Source: an uncultured delta proteobacterium (GTDB lineage: Bacteria; Desulfobacterota; Syntrophia; Syntrophales; UBA2185). Taken from it: a DNA stretch of 64,000 bases. The notes beneath the pieces were generated by a model, which saw only the letters and a program-made list of their open reading frames with translations, was not told the DNA's origin and searched no databases. Below are positions 42,610 to 52,715 of the stretch, one piece after another. The first letter of the stretch is position 1. Each line of letters begins with the position of its first letter. The DNA is taken from NCBI GenBank assembly GCA_963729715.1, contig CAVSPA010000004.1:352001-416000 (forward strand). Direction: 5' to 3'. The translations under genes and the position numbers were made by a program.

Positions 42610-44391
42610 TTATTCCTTATCATTCTCTGCCATTTTTACGTCTGCCAAGACCTTGCCAAGATTCGAACCGACATTTTCTTTGTTGTTTAAATACTGTGTG
42701 ACTGAAGACGATCCCTCAGATGGCGATTCGTAGTCCTTTATGCTCAGCCTGATTCTTCGATTCTGCAAATCCACACTCTTAACGATTGCCGATACGGTAT
42801 CGCCCACAGCATATATCTCAGATGCGGCCTTTACCCTCTTGTGGCTCAATTCCGATACATGAACCAAGCCTTCGACTCCCTCTTCCAGCTCTACGAAAAT
42901 ACCGAAGTCGGTTACATTAGTCACCTTTCCGTTAATGACCGACCCCGCAGCGTAAATAAAATTCTTTTCATCCCAGGGGTTCTTATCGACCTGCTTTATT
43001 CCCAGAGAGAATTTTTCGTTCGCTACGTCAATATTCAAGACCATCGCCTCGACTTCCTGACCTTTCTTGTACAATTCCGAAGGATGTTTTACATTCTGTT
43101 TCCAGGAAATATCGGACACATGGACAAGGCCGTCTATTCCTTCCTCAATACCGACGAAAAAACCGAAGTTTGTGATATTCCGTATGACACCTTTGACGAT
43201 ACTACCCTCAGGGTATTTCTGTTTAAGCGCCTCCCATGGATTTTCGGTTGTCTGTTTTAGTCCCAGTGAGATACGCTTTACCTCCGGATTGACATCCAGA
43301 ACCATGACTTTCACGATTTCGCCCACAGACAAAACTTTCGACGGATGTTTAATCTCTCTTGTCCAGAACATTTCTGTTATATGCACAAGACCCTCCACAC
43401 CAGGCTCCATTTCCACAAAGACGCCATAATCCGTTAGGTTCACTACTTTGCCTTCAATTACAGAACCCACGGCATATTTCCGCTCGATCATCTCCCAGGG
43501 GTTGTCCATCAATTGTTTAAGACCCAGGGAAACCCGCTCCTTCTCTCTATCAAAAGAAAGAATCTTAACCGTTATTTTATCGCCTTTGGAAAAACTATCC
43601 GAAGGTCGCGTAATTCTTCCCCACGATATGTCGGTAACATGGAGAAGACCGTCAATTCCTCCTAAATCTATGAAGAGTCCATAATCGGTTATATTCTTGA
43701 TAACCCCTTCCATAATCTTTCCTTCCTCAATACCCTCAAGCGTCTCCCTCTTAGCCGCAACCCTTTCCTGCTCCAATATAGATCTTCTCGAGAGCACGAC
43801 ATTGTTTCTCTTCCTGTCATACTTCAGGACATTGAACATCAATGTCTGTCCAACGTATTTATCGAGGTCTCTCACCGGACGGACATCCACCTGAGAACCG
43901 GGGAGAAAAGCTAAAATTCCGATATCAACAGAGAGTCCACCCTTAACTCGCTCTACGACCGTACCCTTTACGGGAATATTATGTTCACACGCATTTTTAA
44001 CATCATCCCATATTTTAATCTTTACCGCCTTATCCCTCGACAGGACCAGATTGCCATCCGTATCTCTTCTGTCGACCAAGACTTCCAGTTCATCACCAAC
44101 GGCAAATGGAATATTCCCTTCCTCATCCTTCAATTCCCTTGCCGGAATATAGCCTTCCGTTTTCCAGCCGACATCTACCATAAGAACGTCGCTGTTTATC
44201 TGAACAACCTTACCCGTCACGATCTGACCTAGCTGTACGCTCTGTAAGCTCTGTTCGTATAACTCCCTGAACCCGACATCATCTTCTTTGCCGGCGACCT
44301 TTTGATGAACTGCTCTTTCCGCTGGCGATTCTTCCTTAACCTTCTCGCCGTTAATTTGTTCTTTAGAAATTGAGTTATTGCTGTTAACCAT
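42610..44391 (-). CDS. rpsA: 30S ribosomal protein S1
   Basis: Six S1 repeats (AFLPGSQVD, DGLLHVTDISW, EGLVHITE, etc.). Confidence 0.96.
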   Translation of the reverse strand: MVNSNNSISKEQINGEKVKEESPAERAVHQKVAGKEDDVGFRELYEQSLQSVQLGQIVTGKVVQINSDVLMVDVGWKTEGYIPARELKDEEGNIPFAVGDELEVLVDRRDTDGNLVLSRDKAVKIKIWDDVKNACEHNIPVKGTVVERVKGGLSVDIGILAFLPGSQVDVRPVRDLDKYVGQTLMFNVLKYDRKRNNVVLSRRSILEQERVAAKRETLEGIEEGKIMEGVIKNITDYGLFIDLGGIDGLLHVTDISWGRITRPSDSFSKGDKITVKILSFDREKERVSLGLKQLMDNPWEMIERKYAVGSVIEGKVVNLTDYGVFVEMEPGVEGLVHITEMFWTREIKHPSKVLSVGEIVKVMVLDVNPEVKRISLGLKQTTENPWEALKQKYPEGSIVKGVIRNITNFGFFVGIEEGIDGLVHVSDISWKQNVKHPSELYKKGQEVEAMVLNIDVANEKFSLGIKQVDKNPWDEKNFIYAAGSVINGKVTNVTDFGIFVELEEGVEGLVHVSELSHKRVKAASEIYAVGDTVSAIVKSVDLQNRRIRLSIKDYESPSEGSSSVTQYLNNKENVGSNLGKVLADVKMAENDKE

Positions 44392-44576
44392 TAAACCGTT
44401 ACCCCCTGAATTTTATAAAAAAACCTTCATAAGAAAAAATCAAGTAACATACTGGTTATGAAATATCAAGCTAATTCAAAATTTCTCGCACGAGGTCAAT
44501 CCGCAGAGAATTTCCAATCAATTCAATGCGGTTAAAAATTGCTCTGCATCAGCTATTTACGCTCTTGACTTAAGAA

Positions 44577-45251
44577 TCATGCACCCTCAATTACAGAAAT
44601 CATTTTCTCAACGACTTCTGCAACGCTCATGCTCGTAGAGTCCAAGATAATCGCGTCTTCGGAAGCCTTCAAAGGGGCTATTTTTCTCTCCTGGTCCTGC
44701 CTGTCTCTGACGACGAGATCCCCTGCAACTCTCTTATAATCCACACTGCCGCCCTGCGAGAACAGTTCAGTGCGCCGCCTTCTAATCCTTTCCTCCACGC
44801 CCGCATCTAAATAGAACTTATACTCGGCCATTGGAAAGACTACTGTCCCCATGTCTCTGCCTTCGGCTACGATGCCCCCTCTTTCCCCTGCTTGGCGTTG
44901 AATGGCGAGCAGTCTCTCCCTGACTGCGGAAACCGCCGAAACCGTTGACGCGACAAGACCTACTTCCTCACTCCTGATCATTTTCGTCACGTTTACACCG
45001 TCAATAAAGACATTCAAGCTGCCATCTATGTTGTCGAGATATAAGTCTATTCGTGCACATAAGGCAGCAAGTGCTTTTTCGTCATCCGGCAAAATCCCTT
45101 CCTTGATAACCTTGTACGCAAACGCCCTGTAGAGAGCGCCCGTATCCAGATAGAGATATGATAGTCTTCCTGCAAGAGCTTTACCGACTGTGCTCTTGCC
45201 TGCACCGGCAGGTCCGTCAATGGTAACAACGAATTTTTTTTTCATGGTCAA
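44577..45251 (-). CDS. cmk: Cytidylate kinase
   Basis: IDGPAGAGKST, DTGALYR, EGRDMGTVVFP. Confidence 0.95.
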   Translation of the reverse strand: MTMKKKFVVTIDGPAGAGKSTVGKALAGRLSYLYLDTGALYRAFAYKVIKEGILPDDEKALAALCARIDLYLDNIDGSLNVFIDGVNVTKMIRSEEVGLVASTVSAVSAVRERLLAIQRQAGERGGIVAEGRDMGTVVFPMAEYKFYLDAGVEERIRRRRTELFSQGGSVDYKRVAGDLVVRDRQDQERKIAPLKASEDAIILDSTSMSVAEVVEKMISVIEGA

Positions 45252-45528
45252 ACGTCCTTTAGAAACACCTTACACAACGTATAGCAGCCGAACACACTTC
45301 CAGCGTGACACGATCTTAAGCACCTGTGCTATAACATATTGGTCAACCCTTAACAATATTAAATAGTAACGCCAACCAAAAGCTAACAGCTTCACATCTA
45401 CGATGACACCATAGAAATGATGACTTGATTCTCCCTGCCAAAAGATTTATAAGTAAGGCATGTAATCATTTGACCCTAACAAAGCTCCTATAATCAAATG
45501 ATAATTTCTTGATTGGAGAGGTTGCCCA

Positions 45529-46926
45529 TTGGATCTGTTTCACATCTTTCGAAGAAAGGGTACGGGAATCATCCCTGCCGTAATTCTGTTTCTGATCTTT
45601 CAGACCGCTGGATTAGCCCATGCTTCTTTTACCATCGAAGATGAAAAGAAACTGGGCAAGGAGTTTTATGAGAGGCTAGACAAAAGCGATGTCTTGATCC
45701 ATGACCGGAGAATAGACGCGTACATCAATCGATTGGGAAATGAACTAGTCGCCCAAAGTGAGAAGGCTCCTTTTGACTTTCGATTCTCCGTGATCAAGAG
45801 TTCGGCAATTAATGCCTTTGCCACGCCTGGCGGCTATGTATATGTCAATAGAGGCTTAATCACACTGGTTGAAACGGAGAGTGAGCTGGCCTCCGTCCTT
45901 GCACATGAAATAGGACATATCAATAAAAGGCATGTGGCGAGTATCATAGATAAATCGCAGAAGATTGGTATGGCTACGCTCGCCGCAGTTCTTGCCGGTG
46001 CATTTCTTGGAGGCGGAGGGGATCTCTCTGCCGCTGTCGCCGGCTTCTCTTTGGCGACGGCCACAACCATGAATCTAAAATACAGCCGCGAACACGAAGA
46101 AGAGGCGGACAGGATGGGTATGTCCTACCTGGTCAGTGCCGGATACGACGGTAAAGCCATGCTGGATTTTATGAAGTTGATGAGAAGGTATGAGTTTTAC
46201 TCCAGCAACATACCATCATATTTCCTCACCCATCCGGGCACCGATGAAAGGATCAGCTATATAGACGCCCTTCTTCAGACCACCTATACCCAAAAGGGAC
46301 GCGACACGATTATAGGGAATTTGAAAAGGATACAGACAATTCTCATGTTTGGAGAAAAGAACCTCGATTCGAGCCTTCATTATTTTCAAAATGACCTGCA
46401 AAAAAACCCGGATAACGTCGACTCACTCTACGGCATGGCTGTAATTCTAGAAGAACTCGGCCGAACTGACGAATCCCTTGGCAACTTTCGTAAAGCCCTG
46501 AGCCTGTCTCAAGATGACCAGGACATAACCAGGGACCTCGGGATTCTTTACTTCAAGCTGGGTCGGTCGGCAGACGCAATTGTCTTCCTCAACAAGGCAT
46601 TGAGCCTTAAGGAGGACGATCTCGACACCTTGCTCTACCTTGGCAGGTCTTACGAATTGCAGGGTGATTACACGGCAGCTTTGAATCTCTATAAAAGAAT
46701 CGGAAAGAAAGATATAAATGATGCAGATATATACTACAGTATCGCTATGGCCTACGGCAAGACAAACAATCCCGGCGACTCCCACTACTATTTCGGCATT
46801 TACTTCAAGAAAAAAAAGAATGTGGACAGCGCCCTTTTTCACTTCAAGGAGGCCTTGAAATATCTTCCCGCACAAGACGAGAGATCTCGGGAAATAGAAA
46901 AAGAGATCAAGTCAATAAAAAGGTGA
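45529..46926 (+). CDS. M48 metalloprotease with TPR repeats (BepA/YfgC-like)
   Basis: INAFATPGG, LAHEIGH, EEEAD, FLTHP and C-terminal TPRs. Confidence 0.9.
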   Translation: MDLFHIFRRKGTGIIPAVILFLIFQTAGLAHASFTIEDEKKLGKEFYERLDKSDVLIHDRRIDAYINRLGNELVAQSEKAPFDFRFSVIKSSAINAFATPGGYVYVNRGLITLVETESELASVLAHEIGHINKRHVASIIDKSQKIGMATLAAVLAGAFLGGGGDLSAAVAGFSLATATTMNLKYSREHEEEADRMGMSYLVSAGYDGKAMLDFMKLMRRYEFYSSNIPSYFLTHPGTDERISYIDALLQTTYTQKGRDTIIGNLKRIQTILMFGEKNLDSSLHYFQNDLQKNPDNVDSLYGMAVILEELGRTDESLGNFRKALSLSQDDQDITRDLGILYFKLGRSADAIVFLNKALSLKEDDLDTLLYLGRSYELQGDYTAALNLYKRIGKKDINDADIYYSIAMAYGKTNNPGDSHYYFGIYFKKKKNVDSALFHFKEALKYLPAQDERSREIEKEIKSIKR

Positions 46927-46942
46927 AGTACTGCATCGATGC

Positions 46943-48607
46943 TTAAGACATATCAATCTGACGAGATGTCAGCTCCTTCTTTGCATAGTCGAGATGGATA
47001 TGCTCATTGATAAACAGTTCGAAGAGGTCTCTATCAATGTGATTGTCGTTCACCATATATCGCATTATTTTAATCGCTTCCGATAGAGTTTTTTCCTTCT
47101 TGTACGGTCTGTCCTTTGCCGTTAATGCGTCGAAAATATCTGCAAGCGCAATAATTCGAGCTTGGAGAGGGAGCTCGTCGCCCTTTAGTCCGAAGGGATA
47201 GCCGGCACCGTCGATCCTTTCATGATGGGAGGAAGCATAATAAGACACATTTTTCAGCTTCTTAGGAAATGGGAGCTGACAGAGCATCTTATGCGTAACA
47301 GTAACATGATTCTTGACGATCTCTTTCTCCTTTTCCGTAAGAGTACCCACGGGAATACTTAGATTGTATACCTCCTCATCGCTCAGAAAGCTTCGCAAAT
47401 CTCCGCCGAGGATCCATTTCCTGCCTGCTATTCTCTTCAGCCGGTCAAGCATTTTTTCATCCATGAATTTTGTTCCCATGTTAATATCTGCGAGAAAATC
47501 ATAATCCGCATCCAAATCCTTTTCATCTCTGTCAACGTCGCAATTTGACTTTTCCGCACGATATTCTTCTCTTTGTCTATTTCCATTTTTCAGCGCTTCA
47601 ATTGCATAGTCTCTTTTCAGAATCTCAAACCGGGCTTTTAAGGCTTCCATCCTATTATATATCGTTTCAAGTTTCTTCCCCTTATCGACAATATATTCCG
47701 GCGTAGTTATCTTGCCAACGTCATGAAGCCAAGCGGAGATGTGGAGTTCCTTCAATTTATCTTCATCAAGGCAGATGTCCGCATATGGCCCCTCCACGCT
47801 CTTATTTATCTTTTCCGCAATGGCCATTGTCAACTCCGAAACGCGACGAACATGACCGCCCGTGTAAGGAGATTTTTCATCAATCGCAGTGGCAATTGTT
47901 CTAATGAAAGATTCCAAAAGGTTTTCAAGATCATGTATAAGACGTTTATTGGAAATGGCGACTGCCGCCTGGGATGCCAATGACTCTGTCATCTTCTGAT
48001 TTTCTATTGAAAATGGGATGACTTCCGTCTGCCCTTCAATTTGGGCATTCAACAACTGCAAGACGCCAATAATATCATTTTCGTGATTTCGCATGGGAAC
48101 TACCAGCATGGACTTGGAGCGGTATCCCGTTTCCGCATCGAATCGCCTCGTGCCCTCAAAATTGAATCCCTCTGCATGATAGACGTCAGAAATATTTACT
48201 ACCTGACCTGTAATGGCGGCGTATGCAGAAACATTGGCATGATTGGGCTTCCCATCGAGGTTCTTTAATCTCACGGACGGCCACGTGATCTTTCCGCCGG
48301 TTCCCCCCATACGGATATTCAAAGAAGTGTTCTGCACTATGGCGAAGTGGAGTTCCCCTTCATCGTCAGACATTATATATAGTGTGCCGCCATCTGCGTT
48401 TGTAAACTCTCTCGCTTCATCGACAATCATTTCCAACAGTCTGTCCAGGTTCTTTTCCGCCGACAGAGCCGTCCCTATCTGATTTAACCGCCTGATCTGG
48501 TCAAGCTGTTTTTCCATGAATCCTTTTATTTCCGGAGCCAGTTTGCTGAATAACGTATTGATCTGGTCATTCTCACAGACAGTTCTTGCTTTCTTATCCT
48601 TGTCCAT
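46943..48607 (-). CDS. GAF plus HD-GYP domain phosphohydrolase
   Basis: GAF (YRSKSMLVVPM), WLHDVGK, HHERIDGAGYP, DIFDALT.KDRPY. Confidence 0.9.
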   Translation of the reverse strand: MDKDKKARTVCENDQINTLFSKLAPEIKGFMEKQLDQIRRLNQIGTALSAEKNLDRLLEMIVDEAREFTNADGGTLYIMSDDEGELHFAIVQNTSLNIRMGGTGGKITWPSVRLKNLDGKPNHANVSAYAAITGQVVNISDVYHAEGFNFEGTRRFDAETGYRSKSMLVVPMRNHENDIIGVLQLLNAQIEGQTEVIPFSIENQKMTESLASQAAVAISNKRLIHDLENLLESFIRTIATAIDEKSPYTGGHVRRVSELTMAIAEKINKSVEGPYADICLDEDKLKELHISAWLHDVGKITTPEYIVDKGKKLETIYNRMEALKARFEILKRDYAIEALKNGNRQREEYRAEKSNCDVDRDEKDLDADYDFLADINMGTKFMDEKMLDRLKRIAGRKWILGGDLRSFLSDEEVYNLSIPVGTLTEKEKEIVKNHVTVTHKMLCQLPFPKKLKNVSYYASSHHERIDGAGYPFGLKGDELPLQARIIALADIFDALTAKDRPYKKEKTLSEAIKIMRYMVNDNHIDRDLFELFINEHIHLDYAKKELTSRQIDMS

Positions 48608-48826
48608 ATGACACCCTCAAAGAAATTCAGATGCTCAGTGGAAGAGCTACGCCTCAAAAAAATACAATATTCGAAGCGCGCCTTTTGATAACTTCAAGAT
48701 AGGCTCATCCGCAAATGAGACGCAAAAAATACTCCGCATGGTTTGACATGAGCCCGGGGAAGGGGAAAAAGACTCGACACAGGCGTGCTTTGCCATAAGT
48801 TCTCTTATAATATTCATGTTACTGCT

Positions 48827-49516
48827 CTATCTCAATCGAACAACTGGCACATCTTTCATCAGCTTGTCTCTGAAGTATTCCATCTCCTCCTGCGAATACG
48901 CTTCGCACTTCAGAAATTCTTTATCAAGAGTCCTCGTGGGAATAAACTGCTGCAATATGTAACAGCTCGCATTTCTCAGCAACTCCCCCATCTCCAAGAG
49001 ATCTTCTTCGTGAAGCAGTTTTTTGGGAACGGTTGTACGAAATTCGTAAGGTATACCAGATTTCATGATTATTTCCATGCTCTGTCTGATTTTACCCTCA
49101 TCAATCTTTGACCTTGTCACTGTCTTATACTTATGAAACGGTCCCTTCATATCCATCGCAAGATAGTCGACAAGCCGGCCGCTGATGAGTTCTTCCAACA
49201 CCTCCGGACAGGAACCGTTCGTATCTAATTTAATCAAATACCCGATATTTCTAACACGCTTTATAAAGTCGATCAAGTCGTGATGTATCGTCGGTTCGCC
49301 ACCCGTAATCGTCAGCGCATCAAGCTTTCCCTTACGTTTTTCTAAGAAAGAAAGTACGCACTCCTCCGACAGACATTCTTTATAGAGATCCGGATCCACT
49401 AATTCCGGATTATGACAGTAGGGACACCTGAAGTTACAGCCCTGCGTAAATGCAATTGCACATATCTTTCCGGGATATTCAATCAATGATACCTTCTGCA
49501 ACCCGCCAATCTGCAT
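48827..49516 (-). CDS. nrdG: Anaerobic ribonucleotide reductase activating enzyme (radical SAM)
   Basis: GCNFRCPYCHN, TGGEPT, KLDTNG; adjacent to nrdD. Confidence 0.92.
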   Translation of the reverse strand: MQIGGLQKVSLIEYPGKICAIAFTQGCNFRCPYCHNPELVDPDLYKECLSEECVLSFLEKRKGKLDALTITGGEPTIHHDLIDFIKRVRNIGYLIKLDTNGSCPEVLEELISGRLVDYLAMDMKGPFHKYKTVTRSKIDEGKIRQSMEIIMKSGIPYEFRTTVPKKLLHEEDLLEMGELLRNASCYILQQFIPTRTLDKEFLKCEAYSQEEMEYFRDKLMKDVPVVRLR

Positions 49517-49519
49517 ATT

Positions 49520-51610
49520 CTAAAAACTGAAAACCTTTCTCCCTCTATATTCTTCTTGTTTCCCCAAATTCCATTGTTTAACGGGTCGCAGATAACCGAC
49601 CACGCGTGAATATATCTCACAGGCTTCCATGCAAATGGGACATGTCTCTTTCTCGCCGCTCAAATAACCGTGCGAGGGACAGACACTGAAGGTGGGTGTA
49701 AACGTAACGTAGGGCAAGTGATACTCGGTACATACTTTGCGCACAAATGCCTTTACAGCTGACGCATCGTTAATTCTTTCTCCTGCATATGTGTGAAAAA
49801 CGGTTCCCCCCGTGTACCTCGCCTGGATTTCATCTTGCAGATCCAGAGCTTCAAATATATCATCCGTAAAGTTCACAGGCAACTGCGTAGAGTTAGTGTA
49901 AAAAGGTTCACCGTTGTCCTCTGCATAAACATCCTCATTAGCACAGATAATGTCTGCATATTTTGCCTTATCGATTTTCGCAAGGCGGTATGAAGTGCCT
50001 TCTGCAGGAGTTGATTCAAGATTATAGTTGTTCCCTGTTTCCTTTTGGAATTCTATAAGCATTTTTCTCATGAAGTCTAATACCTTCAATGTGAATTTCT
50101 GCCCTTCCTCAGAGGTTATACTCTTGCCTAAAAAATTGAGACAGGCTTCATTCATGCCAACAAGACCAATTGTTGAAAAGTGATTTTTCCAATATTCGCC
50201 AAAGCGTTTCTTTATATCCCTCAGGTAATATTTTGTGTACGGATAGAGGTTTCCCTCTGTAAACTTCTCCAGAACTTTTCTCTTGGTCTCCAGACTCTCC
50301 TTGGCAATGATCATGAGTTTTTCGAGACGTTCCATAAATTCGTCTTCTGTCTTAGAGAGGTAACCGATTCTCGGCATATTTATCGTAATCACGCCAATAG
50401 AACCAGTTAAGGGATTTGAGCCGAATAAGCCACCTCCCCTTTTTTCCAATTCCCTGTTATCGATACGAAGTCTGCAGCACATGCTCCTCGCATCTTCCGG
50501 GTTCATGTCTGAGTTTATGAAATTCGAAAAATAGGGCACCCCGTACTTGGCCGTCATTTCCCATAAGTCGTCAAGATTACGATCCTCCCATTTGAATTCC
50601 TTTGTTATGTTATATGTTGGTATGGGAAATGTGAAAACCCTGCCTTTGGCGTCTCCATCAGCCATGACCCGAAGGAAAGCCTTATTGAAGAGATTCATCT
50701 CCTCCTGAAAATCCTTGTATGTCTCTTTCTGCGGTTTGCCTCCGATAATTACATTTTGATCGGCGTAATACTTTGGTACTGTCATATCCAGCGTGACGTT
50801 TGTAAACGGGGTCTGAAAACCTACCCTCGTCGGTACGTTAATATTAAAAATAAATTCCTGCAGAGCTTGCCTTATTTCACTATAACTCAGACGATCGTAC
50901 CTTATAAAAGGAGACAGAAGGGTATCAAAATTTGAGAAAGCCTGAGCACCGGCCGCTTCCCCCTGAAGGGTATAAAAGAAATTAACTACCTGCCCCAAGG
51001 CACTGCGAAGGTGCTTGGCCGGCTTGCTTTCAACCTTACCGGACACTCCCCTGAAGCCTTCCAGAAGAAGATCATATAGATCCCACCCCACACAGTATAC
51101 GGAAAGAAGACTCAAATCGTGGATATGAAAATCACCATCCGAGTGGGCTTTTCTGATTTCCGGCGAATAAATCTCATTCAACCAGTAGACCTTACTGACT
51201 TCGGAAGATATATAGTTATTCAAACCCTGCAAAGAATAATCCATATTGCTGTTCTCATTAATCTTCCAGTCCTTCTTCTTCAGATACTGATCCACCAGAT
51301 CAACCTCCATTTTATTGGTAATTTCTCTTAATCTGGCGTGTTGATCCCTATATATAATATATGCTTTAGCGGTCCGACGATAAGGAGAAGACAAAAGTAC
51401 CTCTTCCACGATGTCCTGGAACTCTTCCACCGTCATAACTTTGTCGTCAAAGAGCTTCTCCGCTAAATTAAGAACCTTTATCGTGAGTTTTCTCGCTGTG
51501 GCGCCATCAAACTCACCCGTTGCGTCTCCAGCCTTCTCAATGGCATTGGTTATCTTTTCTGCGTTGAATTTTACTAACCGGCCATCCCTTTTTCTTATCT
51601 TTTCATGCAT
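49520..51610 (-). CDS. nrdD: Class III anaerobic ribonucleoside-triphosphate reductase with ATP cone
   Basis: ATP cone IRKRDG, RSMCCRL, TPAEG, CxxH..CxxC, YSRVVGYLRPV glycyl-radical motif; start at ATG 51610 with GGAGG RBS. Confidence 0.93.
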   Translation of the reverse strand: MHEKIRKRDGRLVKFNAEKITNAIEKAGDATGEFDGATARKLTIKVLNLAEKLFDDKVMTVEEFQDIVEEVLLSSPYRRTAKAYIIYRDQHARLREITNKMEVDLVDQYLKKKDWKINENSNMDYSLQGLNNYISSEVSKVYWLNEIYSPEIRKAHSDGDFHIHDLSLLSVYCVGWDLYDLLLEGFRGVSGKVESKPAKHLRSALGQVVNFFYTLQGEAAGAQAFSNFDTLLSPFIRYDRLSYSEIRQALQEFIFNINVPTRVGFQTPFTNVTLDMTVPKYYADQNVIIGGKPQKETYKDFQEEMNLFNKAFLRVMADGDAKGRVFTFPIPTYNITKEFKWEDRNLDDLWEMTAKYGVPYFSNFINSDMNPEDARSMCCRLRIDNRELEKRGGGLFGSNPLTGSIGVITINMPRIGYLSKTEDEFMERLEKLMIIAKESLETKRKVLEKFTEGNLYPYTKYYLRDIKKRFGEYWKNHFSTIGLVGMNEACLNFLGKSITSEEGQKFTLKVLDFMRKMLIEFQKETGNNYNLESTPAEGTSYRLAKIDKAKYADIICANEDVYAEDNGEPFYTNSTQLPVNFTDDIFEALDLQDEIQARYTGGTVFHTYAGERINDASAVKAFVRKVCTEYHLPYVTFTPTFSVCPSHGYLSGEKETCPICMEACEIYSRVVGYLRPVKQWNLGKQEEYRGRKVFSF

Positions 51611-51664
51611 AAGATGCCCCTCCTTGGCTCCGCAATGAAAGTCTGGTCTCAGTGCAATCATTCT

Positions 51665-51711
51665 CCCCAATATATTGGGGTAGGACTTAATCATACTACT
51701 ATATATTGATA
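51665..51711. promoter_or_regulatory. Tandem NrdR boxes overlapping the nrdD promoter
   Basis: CCCCAATATATTGGGG (51665-51680) and CTACTATATATTGATA (51696-51711), 31 bp apart; minus-strand TTGATT-17-TATGAT promoter overlaps box 2. Confidence 0.8.
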
Positions 51712-51763
51712 TAATCAAGACAAAAAAAAGGTTTTTTTCTGTTTCATTTCCTCCGTTACTATC

Positions 51764-51804
51764 TGCAAGGAGGTTTGACCAAATTGCAAGAAGGTTTGAC
51801 CAAA
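51764..51804. repeat. Two 20-bp direct repeats TGCAAG(G/A)AGGTTTGACCAAA with a 21-bp period
   Basis: Copies at 51764-51783 and 51785-51804, one mismatch. Confidence 0.85.
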
Positions 51805-52002
51805 AAGAAGTGCAGTAATAACAGCCAAATAGCATATGACACACTAATCCGGCCAGATTTCAATCTTGTTTTAACAGAGAAATCTGCCGGATATATTTTT
51901 TAAATATTAATCGAGCGGGTCATTTATTCTTACGACTTTACCCGCCATTTTTTTCTCCAACTAACTGCAAAAAATGTCCATACTGAGAGCCCGTGATGCG
52001 CC

Positions 52003-52596
52003 TCATGCTATCACCTTCTTTATATCGTTCACTCTCGATTTTAAGAGATATATGATCTGCAAATCCACCGGCCGCACTTCCTCCGTGGCTAAGGTCCTTA
52101 TGGAATCTAGAAGATCAGGGTAACCCTTAAAATCAATAGTGACCTCTGTAATTGCGCCAGGAGCGGCCTTTCCCGGGAGAGACGACTCTTGCTTCGTGAC
52201 CTCTGAATCCTTCCTCTCAAGAGGTTGCTTCGGCTCTTTCTTGGCCCTTGCCATGTCACCCAGGCATTTTGCGCAATAGGGGCTGCGCTCGGACATGGTT
52301 TCTCTCTCGTTACACTTCTTACAGATTTTCTTTATGTCCGCGCCTGGCTTCAGCTGATCCCTCGCCATATCCGCATCCCTTTCGTTAGATCTAATCGGCT
52401 CAGCAGCACGCAGGCGGCCCCTGCTGCTCACTTTGCGGCCAGTAATCCATCCTTCCCTTCCCGCCTGTCCGCAATGCCTGCAGATCAGGCCTGCCTTGCC
52501 AATGCCCGGAACGTAATCTTCTTCTACGTGTTTCGATCCACATTTCCCACAGGCAATGGCCATAGTTAAAGAGTCCCATCCGCACGTCTTGAGCAT
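52003..52596 (-). CDS. Hypothetical protein with four CxxC pairs
   Basis: CGKC, CRHC, CKKC, CAKC; GAGGAG RBS. Confidence 0.6.
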   Translation of the reverse strand: MLKTCGWDSLTMAIACGKCGSKHVEEDYVPGIGKAGLICRHCGQAGREGWITGRKVSSRGRLRAAEPIRSNERDADMARDQLKPGADIKKICKKCNERETMSERSPYCAKCLGDMARAKKEPKQPLERKDSEVTKQESSLPGKAAPGAITEVTIDFKGYPDLLDSIRTLATEEVRPVDLQIIYLLKSRVNDIKKVIA

Positions 52597-52715
52597 TGCT
52601 CCTCAGTGCTAGATTGGAGTCTCCACATCTTTCAGAGTGCGGCTGTATAGCTCCTCATATGGGATGAACTCCAACCTAGCTGCCGGAAGGAGCGGCTATA
52701 AGGTCTATTAATCAA

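Noticed and set aside
48700..48755. c-di-GMP-I riboswitch-like GACGCAAA near the HD-GYP gene
   Set aside because: On the opposite strand to the gene and lacks the upstream GYAAA element
51611..51844. 77-aa N-terminal extension of NrdD in the ORF track
   Set aside because: Overlaps the promoter, NrdR boxes and repeats; the ATP cone and RBS support ATG 51610
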